Shown in pieces: positions 46,379 through 56,334 of a stretch of DNA of 63,019 bases. The stretch is from a virus. A program made the position numbers and the translations under genes. The stretch is from IMG/VR virus record IMGVR_UViG_3300037089_000131; one strand, written 5' to 3'. Numbering within the stretch: the first letter of the stretch is position 1; each line of letters starts with the position of its first letter. The notes beneath the pieces were generated by a model, which was not told where the DNA came from, searched no databases, and saw only the letters and a list, made by a program, of their open reading frames with translations.

Positions 46379-47084
46379 CTATGTCATCGTCCGGGTGGAC
46401 GGCAGGAGCTTCCACACGTGGACCCGTGGGCTTGAGAAGCCCTACGACAAGCACCTGCTGGACGCCATGGATGCTACCGCCTTGGAGCTTTGCGGGCAGG
46501 TGGCGGGCTGCAAGCTGGGATATGTCCAGTCGGACGAGATAAGCCTCGTGCTGACGGACTTCGACACCATCGAGACCGAGGCGTGGTTCGACAACTGCCA
46601 GAACAAGCTGGAGTCCATCACGGCGAGCATCGCCACGATGGCCTTCAACCTGCACATCGTGAGCACCAGGGATGCCCGGACGGACGCCTGCCTGAACGAC
46701 CCCGGCTCGGTCCCGGAGCTATACCGGCGATGCCCGGATGCCACCTTCGACTCTCGTGCCTTCGTCATCCCCGACTATGTGGAGGTGGAGAACTACCTCA
46801 TCGACCGGCAGAAGGACGCCATGCGCAACTCCGTGACGATGCTGGCCAGCAAGTATGCCAGCCACAAGAAGCTTAACGGGGTGACTCTTACCGACCGTTT
46901 GGCGCTCATCAAGGCGGCAGGGGACAACTGGGATAAGCACTCTGTCCGGTTCAAGCAGGGAGGGGTAGTGTACAATACCGGTGGGGAGTGGGTCGTCAGC
47001 GAAGAACCCAAGCCCTTCACCAAGAACCGTGAGTGGCTCAGGCTGGTAATCCCCCGGCACTGGGAGGAAGAACCTGCGGCATAG
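46329..47084 (+). CDS. Thg1-like protein (tRNA-His guanylyltransferase family 3'-5' nucleotidyltransferase)
   Basis: SYVIVRVDGRSFHTWTRGLEKPYD...GYVQSDEISLVL aligns with yeast Thg1 [26 protein letters not shown]...YGQSDEYSFVF; size (~250 aa) fits TLPs. Confidence 0.65.
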   Translation: MKNNYELRCRRFLPRRSYVIVRVDGRSFHTWTRGLEKPYDKHLLDAMDATALELCGQVAGCKLGYVQSDEISLVLTDFDTIETEAWFDNCQNKLESITASIATMAFNLHIVSTRDARTDACLNDPGSVPELYRRCPDATFDSRAFVIPDYVEVENYLIDRQKDAMRNSVTMLASKYASHKKLNGVTLTDRLALIKAAGDNWDKHSVRFKQGGVVYNTGGEWVVSEEPKPFTKNREWLRLVIPRHWEEEPAA

Positions 47085-47089
47085 TATCT

Positions 47090-47614
47090 ATGGGTATGGA
47101 ACAAACACCTAGCCAAGACACTGGATTCAAGCGTACCTCCGGCCAGAGCACCGACTACGGCACGGGGGCGACAAGGGACATGCGGTCGATGAAGGGGGCA
47201 CCGGTAGAGATGCCGTATGACGCCCTCTACCTCGTCAGCCGCATCTACGAGGACGGCAACCGGGGCAGGGGATGGCGAAACTGGGAGAACGGAATGCCCA
47301 TCGCCGACCTGCTCGACAGCGCCCAGCGGCATATCAACCAGCACATCGTCGGGGACCGCAATGAGCGCCATCTGCCGCAGGCGGTATGGAACCTTCTCAA
47401 TGCCATCCAGACCTCCATCTGGGTGATGCTTAAGACCCGGCCAGCCGCCCTCAACAACCTTCCGGACCACCGCCACGTATGGCTGCCCGGCGACCCCAAC
47501 CCCTGCCCTCTTTCTCAGCAGGACATCGACTCGCTAAAGTTCTACGGGGTTCTCCCCAAGGACTACGAGTGGAAGCCCGAGGCTACCGGCTACAACCGAC
47601 GACCGGAGAAATGA
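47090..47614 (+). CDS. hypothetical protein
   Basis: Internal ATG after the Thg1-like stop. Confidence 0.4.
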   Translation: MGMEQTPSQDTGFKRTSGQSTDYGTGATRDMRSMKGAPVEMPYDALYLVSRIYEDGNRGRGWRNWENGMPIADLLDSAQRHINQHIVGDRNERHLPQAVWNLLNAIQTSIWVMLKTRPAALNNLPDHRHVWLPGDPNPCPLSQQDIDSLKFYGVLPKDYEWKPEATGYNRRPEK

Positions 47615-47733
47615 AACGTCTACCGGGACCTTAAGTATGAGTATGGGAATCACATTCAAGGACGGGCGGGAAGGCTGCACGCTGACCCGCAGGGATGGAC
47701 GGGAGGGCTTTATGACATAGGGAGGATAAACCT

Positions 47734-48096
47734 ATGTCTCGCTCGTACCGCAAGCCCTACGCTTCTTTCTGTGGCGGAAATGGTTCTGCCAAGAAGGACA
47801 AGACGCTCGCCCATCGTGGTGTCCGCCGTGCCCATAACCGCATCATCCAGATGATGCTCCGTGACCCCGAACTCAACATCCCCCTGCCCCACTTCCGTGA
47901 ATGCTCCTGCAATAATGTCTATGGCTGGAACCGTGACGGAAAACAGCACCTACAGGTTCCGACCGCCCGTGAGTGGAGCCAGTATATGCTGGCGGTGCAG
48001 GGTCTCCACCGCTACAGCTACGAACTGCGTGAACCCTACCTAAGCCGTAACCTCGAATGGCCACCCAAGTGGTACATCGAGCTTATGCGCAAGTAA
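47734..48096 (+). CDS. hypothetical basic protein
   Basis: 120 aa. Confidence 0.45.
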   Translation: MSRSYRKPYASFCGGNGSAKKDKTLAHRGVRRAHNRIIQMMLRDPELNIPLPHFRECSCNNVYGWNRDGKQHLQVPTAREWSQYMLAVQGLHRYSYELREPYLSRNLEWPPKWYIELMRK

Positions 48097-48157
48097 TGGC
48101 CATATAAAATTTCATGATTTTCCTGTGAAATCCGGTAATATATCCTCGGAGGGAATC

Positions 48158-48451
48158 ATGGATATGCTGCGCAAGGACCAGCTTGAGCACGGTGCCTACT
48201 ACCGGGGCATGTGCCGGAACGCCGAGGTGGCCCGGTGGAACGCCGAGGTCGGCAACGGCATCTTCATCCACTGGCGGACGAAGTTCTGGGAGACCTACCC
48301 GGAGACCATCGCCTACTGGGAGGAACCCCACGAGTTCGATGAGTTCCGCCCCTTCGAGAAGATTGAGAAGCCGGAAAAGGAAATCCCCTTGACCAAGGAG
48401 GAGTTCGATGCCGCAGGAGGATTCGCCTGGAACACTTGGGACTGGAAGTGA
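48158..48451 (+). CDS. hypothetical protein
   Basis: GGAGGGA RBS before MDMLRK. Confidence 0.4.
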   Translation: MDMLRKDQLEHGAYYRGMCRNAEVARWNAEVGNGIFIHWRTKFWETYPETIAYWEEPHEFDEFRPFEKIEKPEKEIPLTKEEFDAAGGFAWNTWDWK

Positions 48452-48680
48452 ACCCGTAAAGAATGACCCGAACGAGATACGGGAACTCATCCACATGCTT
48501 TTCGGCAACTGGATTCCCTTCCCCGACAAGTCGTACTGCGAGCGTATGGGCTGGGAAGTCAATCCAGACGGAACCGTGAACGCACCAGGCGGGCGCTTCC
48601 CGACCCGTGAGCTTTGCGAGGTAAGGGAGCTTGAGAAGCTCTACGAGGTGTCCGACCTGGAGCACCTCTACACCCTTTGA
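48408..48680 (+). CDS. hypothetical protein
   Basis: GAGGAG RBS; overlaps the upstream gene by 44 nt. Confidence 0.35.
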   Translation: MPQEDSPGTLGTGSEPVKNDPNEIRELIHMLFGNWIPFPDKSYCERMGWEVNPDGTVNAPGGRFPTRELCEVRELEKLYEVSDLEHLYTL

Positions 48681-48692
48681 GGAGGATAAAAC

Positions 48693-48998
48693 ATGACGTT
48701 TTTTAGCATCGTCACAGAGGTTTGCAAGGTTTCCTTCGGCATTCTCATCGCCGTCATCTGCCTCAAGGCTGCCTGCAACATGCTCTTGGAACTGAAGAGG
48801 GTGTTCTTCCCCATACCCTTTGACCCCACTAAGCCAGCCACATACCGCACCAAGCCGAATTATGTCAGGGCTTTCCAGAACACGACCGGGAACTGGATTG
48901 TGACGGAGTCAAAGGAGGACGGACAGGACCACCACTTCACGGTCTTGAAGGATGTCTTCCCCACGATTTACGAGATTGCCGAAGAGGATGACGAATAA
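48693..48998 (+). CDS. membrane protein
   Basis: N-terminal TM helix. Confidence 0.4.
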   Translation: MTFFSIVTEVCKVSFGILIAVICLKAACNMLLELKRVFFPIPFDPTKPATYRTKPNYVRAFQNTTGNWIVTESKEDGQDHHFTVLKDVFPTIYEIAEEDDE

Positions 48999-49033
48999 TC
49001 CCCGGAACAACCCCCTCCCGGTGTATACTGAAG

Positions 49034-49789
49034 GTGGAGGATACAAAGCTTATGCACATCAACCTTGACTTTCTCGCCGGATTCCTTAGCTACGGGCTGC
49101 TCGAACTGCTCTTGACCATCGTCATCGTCCGCTACTTCCCGTCAAAGGTTTCCAGCCTGTACGGCATCGGTGCGGCCATCCAGCGTACTTTCTCGAAAAA
49201 GCCTGTCTATAGCGACACCACGGAGGAAGAAGAGACTTACAATGATGGTCGGTGCGGCGATTGCGCATGTTACGAAGACCATACGCAGGACGACAGCGAT
49301 TGCAGGGTTCCTATCCCCGAGGGGACAGAGGTCATCGTCAACTCCGACGAAGATAGCTACGGCGTCAGAGTCCTCCCCATAGACCACAGCATCAAGTGGG
49401 TCAATGGTATACGGTACTATTTCATGCTCTTGGAGAGAACCATCAGCCTGTCCCCCGACGATGTCGCCCTCATTCCCGAAAACGGGCTTATCCCCGAGGG
49501 AACGGCAGTCAACTTCATCCTACCCGAATGCGGGCATCACGTGCATGGGGTAACCTTCAAGGCCATTGTGAGGGAAGGCACCTTGGACTATGTCATCGAG
49601 TACCCCGATGACGACGATATCCAGCAGGTCGAGGTTTCTGCGGACGACGTGTGGAAGAGGGAGCCGGAAAAGCCTACACTCAAGGATATAGAGGCCGACA
49701 TCGCCAAGAACGGCTATGACGAGCCTCCGGTATTCGGCAGCAAGGAAGAGGCAGAAGCTTGGGCTAAGACCCCTAGTGCTAAGGATTAG
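49034..49789 (+). CDS. hypothetical acidic protein
   Basis: 251 aa with N-terminal TM helix. Confidence 0.5.
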   Translation: MEDTKLMHINLDFLAGFLSYGLLELLLTIVIVRYFPSKVSSLYGIGAAIQRTFSKKPVYSDTTEEEETYNDGRCGDCACYEDHTQDDSDCRVPIPEGTEVIVNSDEDSYGVRVLPIDHSIKWVNGIRYYFMLLERTISLSPDDVALIPENGLIPEGTAVNFILPECGHHVHGVTFKAIVREGTLDYVIEYPDDDDIQQVEVSADDVWKREPEKPTLKDIEADIAKNGYDEPPVFGSKEEAEAWAKTPSAKD

Positions 49790-49828
49790 CAGGGTAGTCA
49801 ACATCATCTTATAACCCGGAGGAACCAA

Positions 49829-50092
49829 ATGCAGAGCGAACCGCCCGTATTGCCCGTGTCAGGACAGGACTATCCCCGTGAGGAACCCAAGAAGGAAAAA
49901 AAGAAGGAGGCAGGCACCCTCGGGGAATTACTGACCTTCATCACCAAGGACTTGGGGACAACCAGCCCCATGCCAGACCGTGTGACCAAGAAGGGCAAGA
50001 TGATATTCTACCACGAGCCGGGCAAGCGCCGGGCGAAGCACCAGACCCAACGTCACTCACGGCAGGTCAATGCCAGAAAGGCAAAGGGGTAG
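49829..50092 (+). CDS. hypothetical basic protein
   Basis: 87 aa. Confidence 0.35.
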   Translation: MQSEPPVLPVSGQDYPREEPKKEKKKEAGTLGELLTFITKDLGTTSPMPDRVTKKGKMIFYHEPGKRRAKHQTQRHSRQVNARKAKG

Positions 50093-50236
50093 CCATGAGA
50101 AGCAAGGCAGCATTGCGAGCAGTGTTGGTCAGGGTCGCAAACTATCTCGTGCGGCAGCAGGAGCATGCCGCCGCCAAGGACCTGATGGATTACATCATCA
50201 AATACTTTCCCGTATTCAGCTAAAAAGGAGCGAGCC

Positions 50237-51265
50237 ATGCGATATCCTATTGACCCGAAAGACCCGGACGACTTGAAGGAGGTCGAGGAGCTAGGGGCGA
50301 AGCCATGGATGCTCCGTGCCCTGACCCTCAATCCCTCCTACATTGGATGGGGACCCTTCGAGGACTACATGTGCCAGAAGGAAGGAGGGGACTACGGTTG
50401 GGCGCAGCACCACTTCATCGGGACGTGGGCGGAGTTCAAGTGGACCCCGGACGACCTCAACGTCGTCGCCAACTTCTACTTCCACATCACCCGTGAGAGC
50501 GAGTACTGCAAGACCTGCGGCGGCACCGGGGCGCACCCGGACGCACAGTGGGTCACGGAAAGCTGGTACCGCAACGACAGCCCCTTCACCACGCCGGACT
50601 GGCGGGAGATACAGGCTAAGTCGGTCATGGAGCGCATCTGCGGCCCCCGTGGCGTCGAGCCGGTAATCCCCCGTGGTCAGGGTCCCAAGAGCGACCTCTA
50701 CCTCGCCATGGTCGCCAAGTACGGCGAGCCGTTCACCGAGCACTGCATGGACACCATCGGCAACGGCGGCGAATGGTCAACCAACCTGACGCAGGACGAG
50801 GTCGATGCCCTGTGGGACAACAAGCGCCTCGGCATGGAGTTCAAGGATAAGCCGACCGCCGAGCAGGTCAACCTGTGGGCGAGGAGCAACCGGGGCATCG
50901 GTCACGACGCCATCAACCGCTCCATCTGCTGCGAGGCACGCCTCAAGCGCCTCGGCATCCCGCACCTGTGCGAAACCTGCAAGGGGAGCGGGGCTGTCTA
51001 CACCGTCCCGGAGCCTCGTCTCGAACTGGTCATCTGGATGCTCCATCCCCGGAAGGGCTGCGGGCGAGCCGTGGTCGTGAAGGACATCAAGGAAGAGGAA
51101 GTCAAGCTGGCGGTCAAGTACCTCAAGAAGGCATATGCCAGCTTCACGCACGACATCTGGAAGCGCATCCTCAAGTATCCCCGGATGCCGAAGCCTCCCC
51201 GGAAGCCGGGAAGGAAGCCCAACAAGGTCACCAAGAAGAAGGTCAAGAAAGGCAAGAAACGGTAG
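50237..51265 (+). CDS. hypothetical protein with Lys-rich tail
   Basis: 342 aa; CKTCGG...CETCKGSG; C-terminal KKKVKKGKKR. Confidence 0.5.
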   Translation: MRYPIDPKDPDDLKEVEELGAKPWMLRALTLNPSYIGWGPFEDYMCQKEGGDYGWAQHHFIGTWAEFKWTPDDLNVVANFYFHITRESEYCKTCGGTGAHPDAQWVTESWYRNDSPFTTPDWREIQAKSVMERICGPRGVEPVIPRGQGPKSDLYLAMVAKYGEPFTEHCMDTIGNGGEWSTNLTQDEVDALWDNKRLGMEFKDKPTAEQVNLWARSNRGIGHDAINRSICCEARLKRLGIPHLCETCKGSGAVYTVPEPRLELVIWMLHPRKGCGRAVVVKDIKEEEVKLAVKYLKKAYASFTHDIWKRILKYPRMPKPPRKPGRKPNKVTKKKVKKGKKR

Positions 51266-51268
51266 ACC

Positions 51269-51958
51269 ATGGCAAACGACATCAACAAGCGCATCGCCCT
51301 GTTCGACAAGAAGGTAGAGGAGCTTCGGGACAAGATGTTCCCCACGGACGGGAACAGCGATGCCCCGGTGGCGGTCCTCGTCTTCGACAGCCGGGTGTAT
51401 GAGCACCACCACTACGTCCCGGTGCCAAGGCTGGAGATATTCGACGAGCACTACAGCCACCTGCACTTCCACCCGGACAGGCAGGCGGAGATGGACTCCG
51501 ACCACCTGCGGTTCCTGATGCTCAACGTGGACATGGCAAACCATGCCCTCCAGCAATGGTGGAAGCAGTATAACCACGAGGACTACGAGCAGCGCCGGGC
51601 ACGCCTCCCCTACGACGAGAGGGTCAAGGATGCGTGCGAGCATTGCCGCAAGGGGGAGCCGTTCCGCCACTGGAGCCGCACCTATACCGAGTGGCACTCC
51701 TTGGAGCTTCTGGAGAAGTACCCCGACTACCCGACCTCCGCCCACGAGAGCGGTGCCCGGTGCGATGCCTTCAAGATACGGCAGCACCAGTACGAGCTTG
51801 AGCATGGCATAGTGAAGGAGGAGGAGCCTGACACCTACTGCCCCGAGTGCCGGGCGAGGTTGCGGCCACACGACTCCTTCAAGAAGTCAGGGGACAAGGG
51901 GACATGCCCCAACCCGACCTGCGACAAGTTCGTGCCGCAGCCGGAAAGGAAGAGCTAA
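51269..51958 (+). CDS. hypothetical protein with C-terminal Zn finger
   Basis: CPECRARLRPHD...CPNPTCDK. Confidence 0.5.
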   Translation: MANDINKRIALFDKKVEELRDKMFPTDGNSDAPVAVLVFDSRVYEHHHYVPVPRLEIFDEHYSHLHFHPDRQAEMDSDHLRFLMLNVDMANHALQQWWKQYNHEDYEQRRARLPYDERVKDACEHCRKGEPFRHWSRTYTEWHSLELLEKYPDYPTSAHESGARCDAFKIRQHQYELEHGIVKEEEPDTYCPECRARLRPHDSFKKSGDKGTCPNPTCDKFVPQPERKS

Positions 51959-51960
51959 CC

Positions 51961-52131
51961 ATGGCCGACATCACAGTGGCTCGATGCCCGGTATGCAAGA
52001 CGCTCTACGACACGCCGCAGAAGACCTGGACCTGTGGCAACTGCGGGAAGCAAGGATTCTCCTGCTGCGTCCCCGGTCCCCACGAGCTTTGCAACGAATG
52101 CCATGAGAAATACGAGCGGAGGGAAATCTGA
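51961..52131 (+). CDS. Zn-ribbon protein
   Basis: CPVCK...CGNCG...CNECH. Confidence 0.35.
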   Translation: MADITVARCPVCKTLYDTPQKTWTCGNCGKQGFSCCVPGPHELCNECHEKYERREI

Positions 52132-52436
52132 TGGGACTCATCCTCGACACCAACGACCCCATCCTCGGTCTGGAGGAACGCCGGGAATCCTTCATGGTCA
52201 TGGACCTCAAGCGCCAGTACCCGAGCGAGCACGGCGGGGAGTACTGGCGTAAGGGCGTGCTCAACCTCAAGTCCGAGCATATCTTCTCCTATGGGGACGG
52301 GGAGATTGAAATCTCCAAGGAATTCCTACGGAAAATGCTATCGTTCTTCGATGACCCGCAGAACCGAAAGCGGCTTGAAGAGGGCTATAAACATGCTGGT
52401 CTTCGACCTGTGGAAACGGCTGGAGTTCCTGTCTAG
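52131..52436 (+). CDS. hypothetical protein
   Basis: 101 aa. Confidence 0.4.
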   Translation: MGLILDTNDPILGLEERRESFMVMDLKRQYPSEHGGEYWRKGVLNLKSEHIFSYGDGEIEISKEFLRKMLSFFDDPQNRKRLEEGYKHAGLRPVETAGVPV

Positions 52437-52446
52437 GCAGAAGATG

Positions 52447-52647
52447 CTCCTGCAAGAGATGGCGGAATCCAACCGCAAAGAGTCGATGGAGGTTCTCGCC
52501 CTCCTGCAAGAGCAAGGGGTATCCGGGCTGACGACCGCACACGACCATGATTGCCATGAGAGGCACCATCACACCGAACCCGGATGCTGCAAGAAGACCT
52601 GCTGGTGCCAGAGGGATATAGAAGGTCGGACAATGGTGGGAAAGTAG
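52447..52647 (+). CDS. hypothetical His/Cys-rich protein
   Basis: Start uncertain (the 52291 frame overlaps upstream); HDHDCHERHHH...CCKKTCWC. Confidence 0.3.
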   Translation, partial: LLQEMAESNRKESMEVLALLQEQGVSGLTTAHDHDCHERHHHTEPGCCKKTCWCQRDIEGRTMVGK

Positions 52648-52686
52648 CCCGACTACCGTATTATTCCATGTGGAGGAAACACTGAA

Positions 52687-53334
52687 ATGAAAAAACTGAA
52701 CTTGGTATCGCTGCTAGTTCTCGTGGCCATGCTATTCCTTTCCGTGGCTGCGTTCTCCGACACCCTCACCCTCACGGGAGTCGGTCCGGGAAACACCTTC
52801 TCCGGTCCGGGGGAGACAGCCTACACCTATCCTTACGAGTTCACCATCAACGGTACTCCCGGCACGGCGCTTCTGTGCGACGACTGGGCGGACAACATCT
52901 ATGTCGGAGAAAGCTGGAAGGCGACCCTCCAGACAGGCGCACAGGCAGCCTCCTTCAATTACCTCGGCGTGGCGAACCCCACCGCCGACTACAATGAAGC
53001 GGCTTGGCTATTCACCCAACTTAACGGCTCCAACGACGCCTCGGTAAACGCCGCCATATGGGCACTGTTTGACCCTTCGGTCGTTCCCTATCTCGGCAAC
53101 GCCCCCGGCGCTCAGACCTTGTACAACAACGCCGCCAATTACGCTGGCGTCTACAATCCCAATGTGGGATTCTACACGCCCATCGTCGGAACGCAGACAG
53201 AAGGCGGGCGACCACAGGAGTTCCTCGTCAAGACCCCGGAGTCCCCCATGAGCCTTATGCTCGCAGCGGATTTCCTCGGTCTCCTGACCCTGTTCGGGAT
53301 TAGCCGGAAGCTCGGCTGGAAGATGAACTTCTAG
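52687..53334 (+). CDS. secreted protein with PEP-CTERM-like C-terminal anchor
   Basis: Signal peptide LVSLLVLVAMLFLSVAAFS; C-terminus PESP-MSLMLAADFLGLLTLFGI-SRKLGWK. Confidence 0.5.
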   Translation: MKKLNLVSLLVLVAMLFLSVAAFSDTLTLTGVGPGNTFSGPGETAYTYPYEFTINGTPGTALLCDDWADNIYVGESWKATLQTGAQAASFNYLGVANPTADYNEAAWLFTQLNGSNDASVNAAIWALFDPSVVPYLGNAPGAQTLYNNAANYAGVYNPNVGFYTPIVGTQTEGGRPQEFLVKTPESPMSLMLAADFLGLLTLFGISRKLGWKMNF

Positions 53335-53353
53335 CATCGCAGCGGAGGAAGCC

Positions 53354-53872
53354 ATGGCAACAATGGTCATCAGCAGCCCCGGAATATGCCCGAGCAACTC
53401 TGGCAAAGATGTGTTCCCCAACCTCGCCCGGAACACGAAGGGCCTGTCAGTAGACCGGCTCAAGGCTACCCACGAGGAAGTGGACTCAGCCGTCCGCAGG
53501 GAGCTTGAGGCGGCCGGACTCCCGTATGCCAAGCTGGGTGAGGCGAACGAGGGCGCAATCGACATGGGAGACTCCTTCCGGGAGGGGGAGGTCCCCACCA
53601 GCATCAAGGGGTTCTGGCACCACTGGAAATTCGAGAGAGCTTGGTATTACTATAGGGCGGAGGGGGCGGGGATACCGCCCGACGCCGCCGAGCAGTTCCA
53701 TAACGTGTGGGGGCAGCAGGTAAGGGTCAGCGGCCACTGCATGTGCCCGTCCCCGCTGGAATGGTGCGAGGGGTTTGCCGTCAGCAGCTACCACATCGAC
53801 ACGCAGGAAGGCCTGACTGCCTTCGTCCGGCTGCTGGATAGCATTTACAAGCCGAGCAAGACTCGGCACTGA
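53354..53872 (+). CDS. hypothetical protein
   Basis: 172 aa. Confidence 0.45.
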   Translation: MATMVISSPGICPSNSGKDVFPNLARNTKGLSVDRLKATHEEVDSAVRRELEAAGLPYAKLGEANEGAIDMGDSFREGEVPTSIKGFWHHWKFERAWYYYRAEGAGIPPDAAEQFHNVWGQQVRVSGHCMCPSPLEWCEGFAVSSYHIDTQEGLTAFVRLLDSIYKPSKTRH

Positions 53873-54008
53873 TTTGGCGAGAGCCAACAAGCTTGATAGC
53901 GTGCAGCCTGCCTGTGCCGTGGTTTACGCAAGGGCTTGATGCAGAGTCGCCGGGGCTGGAGCTAGTGGTGGGCGGCACGAATCGAAACTCCAGACACGCT
54001 GTCAAGGA

Positions 54009-54245
54009 ATGAGGATACTCATGAAGCTGTTCGAGGTAGTCACAGAAAGCAGCTACACCTACACCGGGGCATACGGGAGCGGGAGCTACGGGCAGAACGT
54101 GACTGACTACACCCTGAGAACCTATCTGCTGCTCGCCAATGACGAGGAGCATGCCCGTGCGCAGGTCAAGAAGAAGGACAAAGCTTCCATCAAGAAGATT
54201 ACCAGCGGAGTCATAGAGGTAAAAGTCGAGCCTGACAGGGGGTAA
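54009..54245 (+). CDS. hypothetical protein
   Basis: 78 aa. Confidence 0.35.
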   Translation: MRILMKLFEVVTESSYTYTGAYGSGSYGQNVTDYTLRTYLLLANDEEHARAQVKKKDKASIKKITSGVIEVKVEPDRG

Positions 54246-54247
54246 CC

Positions 54248-54613
54248 ATGCATCCCGAGCCGACGCTCTGCGTCATCGACAAAATGCTCTTCGAGATTCT
54301 CGTACCCGCCACGGAAGGACACTACAAGAACGAGATACCCGTGAGATACCATCAGGGATGGGACGAGAAAGTTCGTGCCATCACGGGCGGCCTCACCATC
54401 ATGAAGCCCGCCAAGGGCGAATGGGTCGTCGGCGAGGAGGTCGGCGTCGTGTTCCGGGAGCCGATGATTCCCGTTAGAGTGTGGGCCACCCCCCAGCAGA
54501 TTGACAAGATAGCCAGACTCACCATGGAGTATTATGACCAGAAGGCGGTCATGTACTACTGCATTTCCACCGCCGTCTGTATCCTCAAGAGGGAGACTGA
54601 GAATGGCAAATAA
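54248..54613 (+). CDS. hypothetical protein
   Basis: 121 aa. Confidence 0.4.
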   Translation: MHPEPTLCVIDKMLFEILVPATEGHYKNEIPVRYHQGWDEKVRAITGGLTIMKPAKGEWVVGEEVGVVFREPMIPVRVWATPQQIDKIARLTMEYYDQKAVMYYCISTAVCILKRETENGK

Positions 54614-54986
54614 GCCAAAGACACAAAAGCAGGTTGACGCCGAGGTCAAGGCACTCAAGGAGATGATGCCCAACGTCCAGCGCTTCAGCATGTTCGGCGA
54701 GGACAACTGGGCGAAGATGGACATGGTCATCCGGGTCCTCGAAGAGAAGATGGACATGGATGATGTCCAGGCATGGCTGGACGACGAGGAGGCGGACGAC
54801 AGAATCACTGACGACCAGAGGTCGGAGTTCGACTCCCTTGCCTATGACACCGTTCAATGGCGGGATGGGTCTCAGGTAGACTACTCACCGGCAGCCGGGT
54901 GGGAGAGCCTCGTGCAGAAGAAGGAAGAAGAGCCGAAATGCCAGACGAAAAAGGGAACGAGACAGAAGGCCAAAGGAAAGCGCTGA
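54603..54986 (+). CDS. hypothetical acidic protein
   Basis: ATG overlaps the upstream stop. Confidence 0.4.
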   Translation: MANKPKTQKQVDAEVKALKEMMPNVQRFSMFGEDNWAKMDMVIRVLEEKMDMDDVQAWLDDEEADDRITDDQRSEFDSLAYDTVQWRDGSQVDYSPAAGWESLVQKKEEEPKCQTKKGTRQKAKGKR

Positions 54987-55522
54987 CCCCCGAGCAGGTG
55001 AATGCCCTGCCGCAGGATGTCAGGGATTACATCCATGGTCTGGAGACCAACTGCGACCCTGCGGGCATGGTGCAGGACAACGCCTGCCTACAGGACGAGG
55101 TCACGGCGCTTTCCAACTGGGTATCCGACCTGCAATCGGGGATGTACATCAACTGCGTCTATTGCGGGCATCGCTATGGACCCAGCCCCGGAACTCCCGT
55201 CTGCATGGCCGACATCCTCAAGGAGCACATCGCCAAGTGCCCCAAGCACCCCCTCAGTATCATGGTGAACCGGTCTGCCTACCTGGTGAAGCTCATTCAT
55301 CGGATGCAGCGGGACATCAAGCATCTATACTTGACAGAGGATAGCACGACTTGGAAAGAAATCATCCAGCTTGACGCCCCGTGGAAGGATGATGTGAACC
55401 GTGCCAGCGGGCAAGCACCCTGCGACGTATGCAGGCGTCCCTTGAACGACCACTACATGCCCGTTCCCGAAGCCTGCCCCTCGGTGGTAGAGGACTGCAA
55501 CGGAAGATGGTGGAAGCTGTGA
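54938..55522 (+). CDS. hypothetical Cys-rich protein
   Basis: Internal ATG; several CxxC pairs. Confidence 0.45.
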   Translation: MPDEKGNETEGQRKALTPEQVNALPQDVRDYIHGLETNCDPAGMVQDNACLQDEVTALSNWVSDLQSGMYINCVYCGHRYGPSPGTPVCMADILKEHIAKCPKHPLSIMVNRSAYLVKLIHRMQRDIKHLYLTEDSTTWKEIIQLDAPWKDDVNRASGQAPCDVCRRPLNDHYMPVPEACPSVVEDCNGRWWKL

Positions 55523-55731
55523 TAAGCGACTACGAACTGGGACGGTGGGACGGATATCTTGCCTGCATCTTTGACCTGATGACTGTGCTTTGCGAGAAGG
55601 ATGCCAAAATCCTAAAGGAACTGGAAGAAGCACATCGAAACGGTCCTGTCGCCCAATTGATAGAACAAGCCCAGAAGGAAGCAAAGGAAGCCTATCATGC
55701 GAGTAAGAGTCGAGCCGCACACACAGATTGA
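55507..55731 (+). CDS. hypothetical protein
   Basis: 74 aa. Confidence 0.35.
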   Translation: MVEAVISDYELGRWDGYLACIFDLMTVLCEKDAKILKELEEAHRNGPVAQLIEQAQKEAKEAYHASKSRAAHTD

Positions 55732-55875
55732 CAAGAGCTTCGTCATCGAGCTTGGCAAGTACGGCGAGCTTCAGCTTGCGGTCAACTACGACGACGTTGA
55801 CCACGCCACCGTGGACAAGATGGTGGACAAGCTGGTATCTCTTATAAAGACACACTGGACCGAGGAGGAATAAGC

Positions 55876-56334
55876 ATGGGAACAAGAGCGGACTTCTATG
55901 TCGGCAAGGGACCCGAGGCCGAATGGCTAGGGAGCATCGCATGGGACGGTTATCCCAGCGGTGTTGCCGACAATGTATTCACCCCCAAGATAGAGAAGAC
56001 CTACCGCAAGCGGGTAGAGGCGTTCCTCCAGACTCGGGATGACACGACCCTCCCGGCAGACGGCTGGCCATGGCCGTGGGAGGACTCCTGCACCACCGAC
56101 TACGCCTACACCTTCCACAATGGCAAGGTCTATGTATCGTGCTTCGGCGCACGCTACCTCCCCTTCAAGACCTTCGAGCGGGTCAATGCCAGCGAGACTC
56201 AATGCGAGAAGTGGATGGAGAAGGACCGCAAGGAAACCTTCCCCAACATGAAGGAGCGGCAGAAGACCACCTTCGGGAGGCGCTCCGGGCTGATAGTCTG
56301 TGGTTCGCAGGGACCGATAGACAACCTGGAATAG
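55876..56334 (+). CDS. hypothetical protein
   Basis: 152 aa. Confidence 0.45.
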   Translation: MGTRADFYVGKGPEAEWLGSIAWDGYPSGVADNVFTPKIEKTYRKRVEAFLQTRDDTTLPADGWPWPWEDSCTTDYAYTFHNGKVYVSCFGARYLPFKTFERVNASETQCEKWMEKDRKETFPNMKERQKTTFGRRSGLIVCGSQGPIDNLE

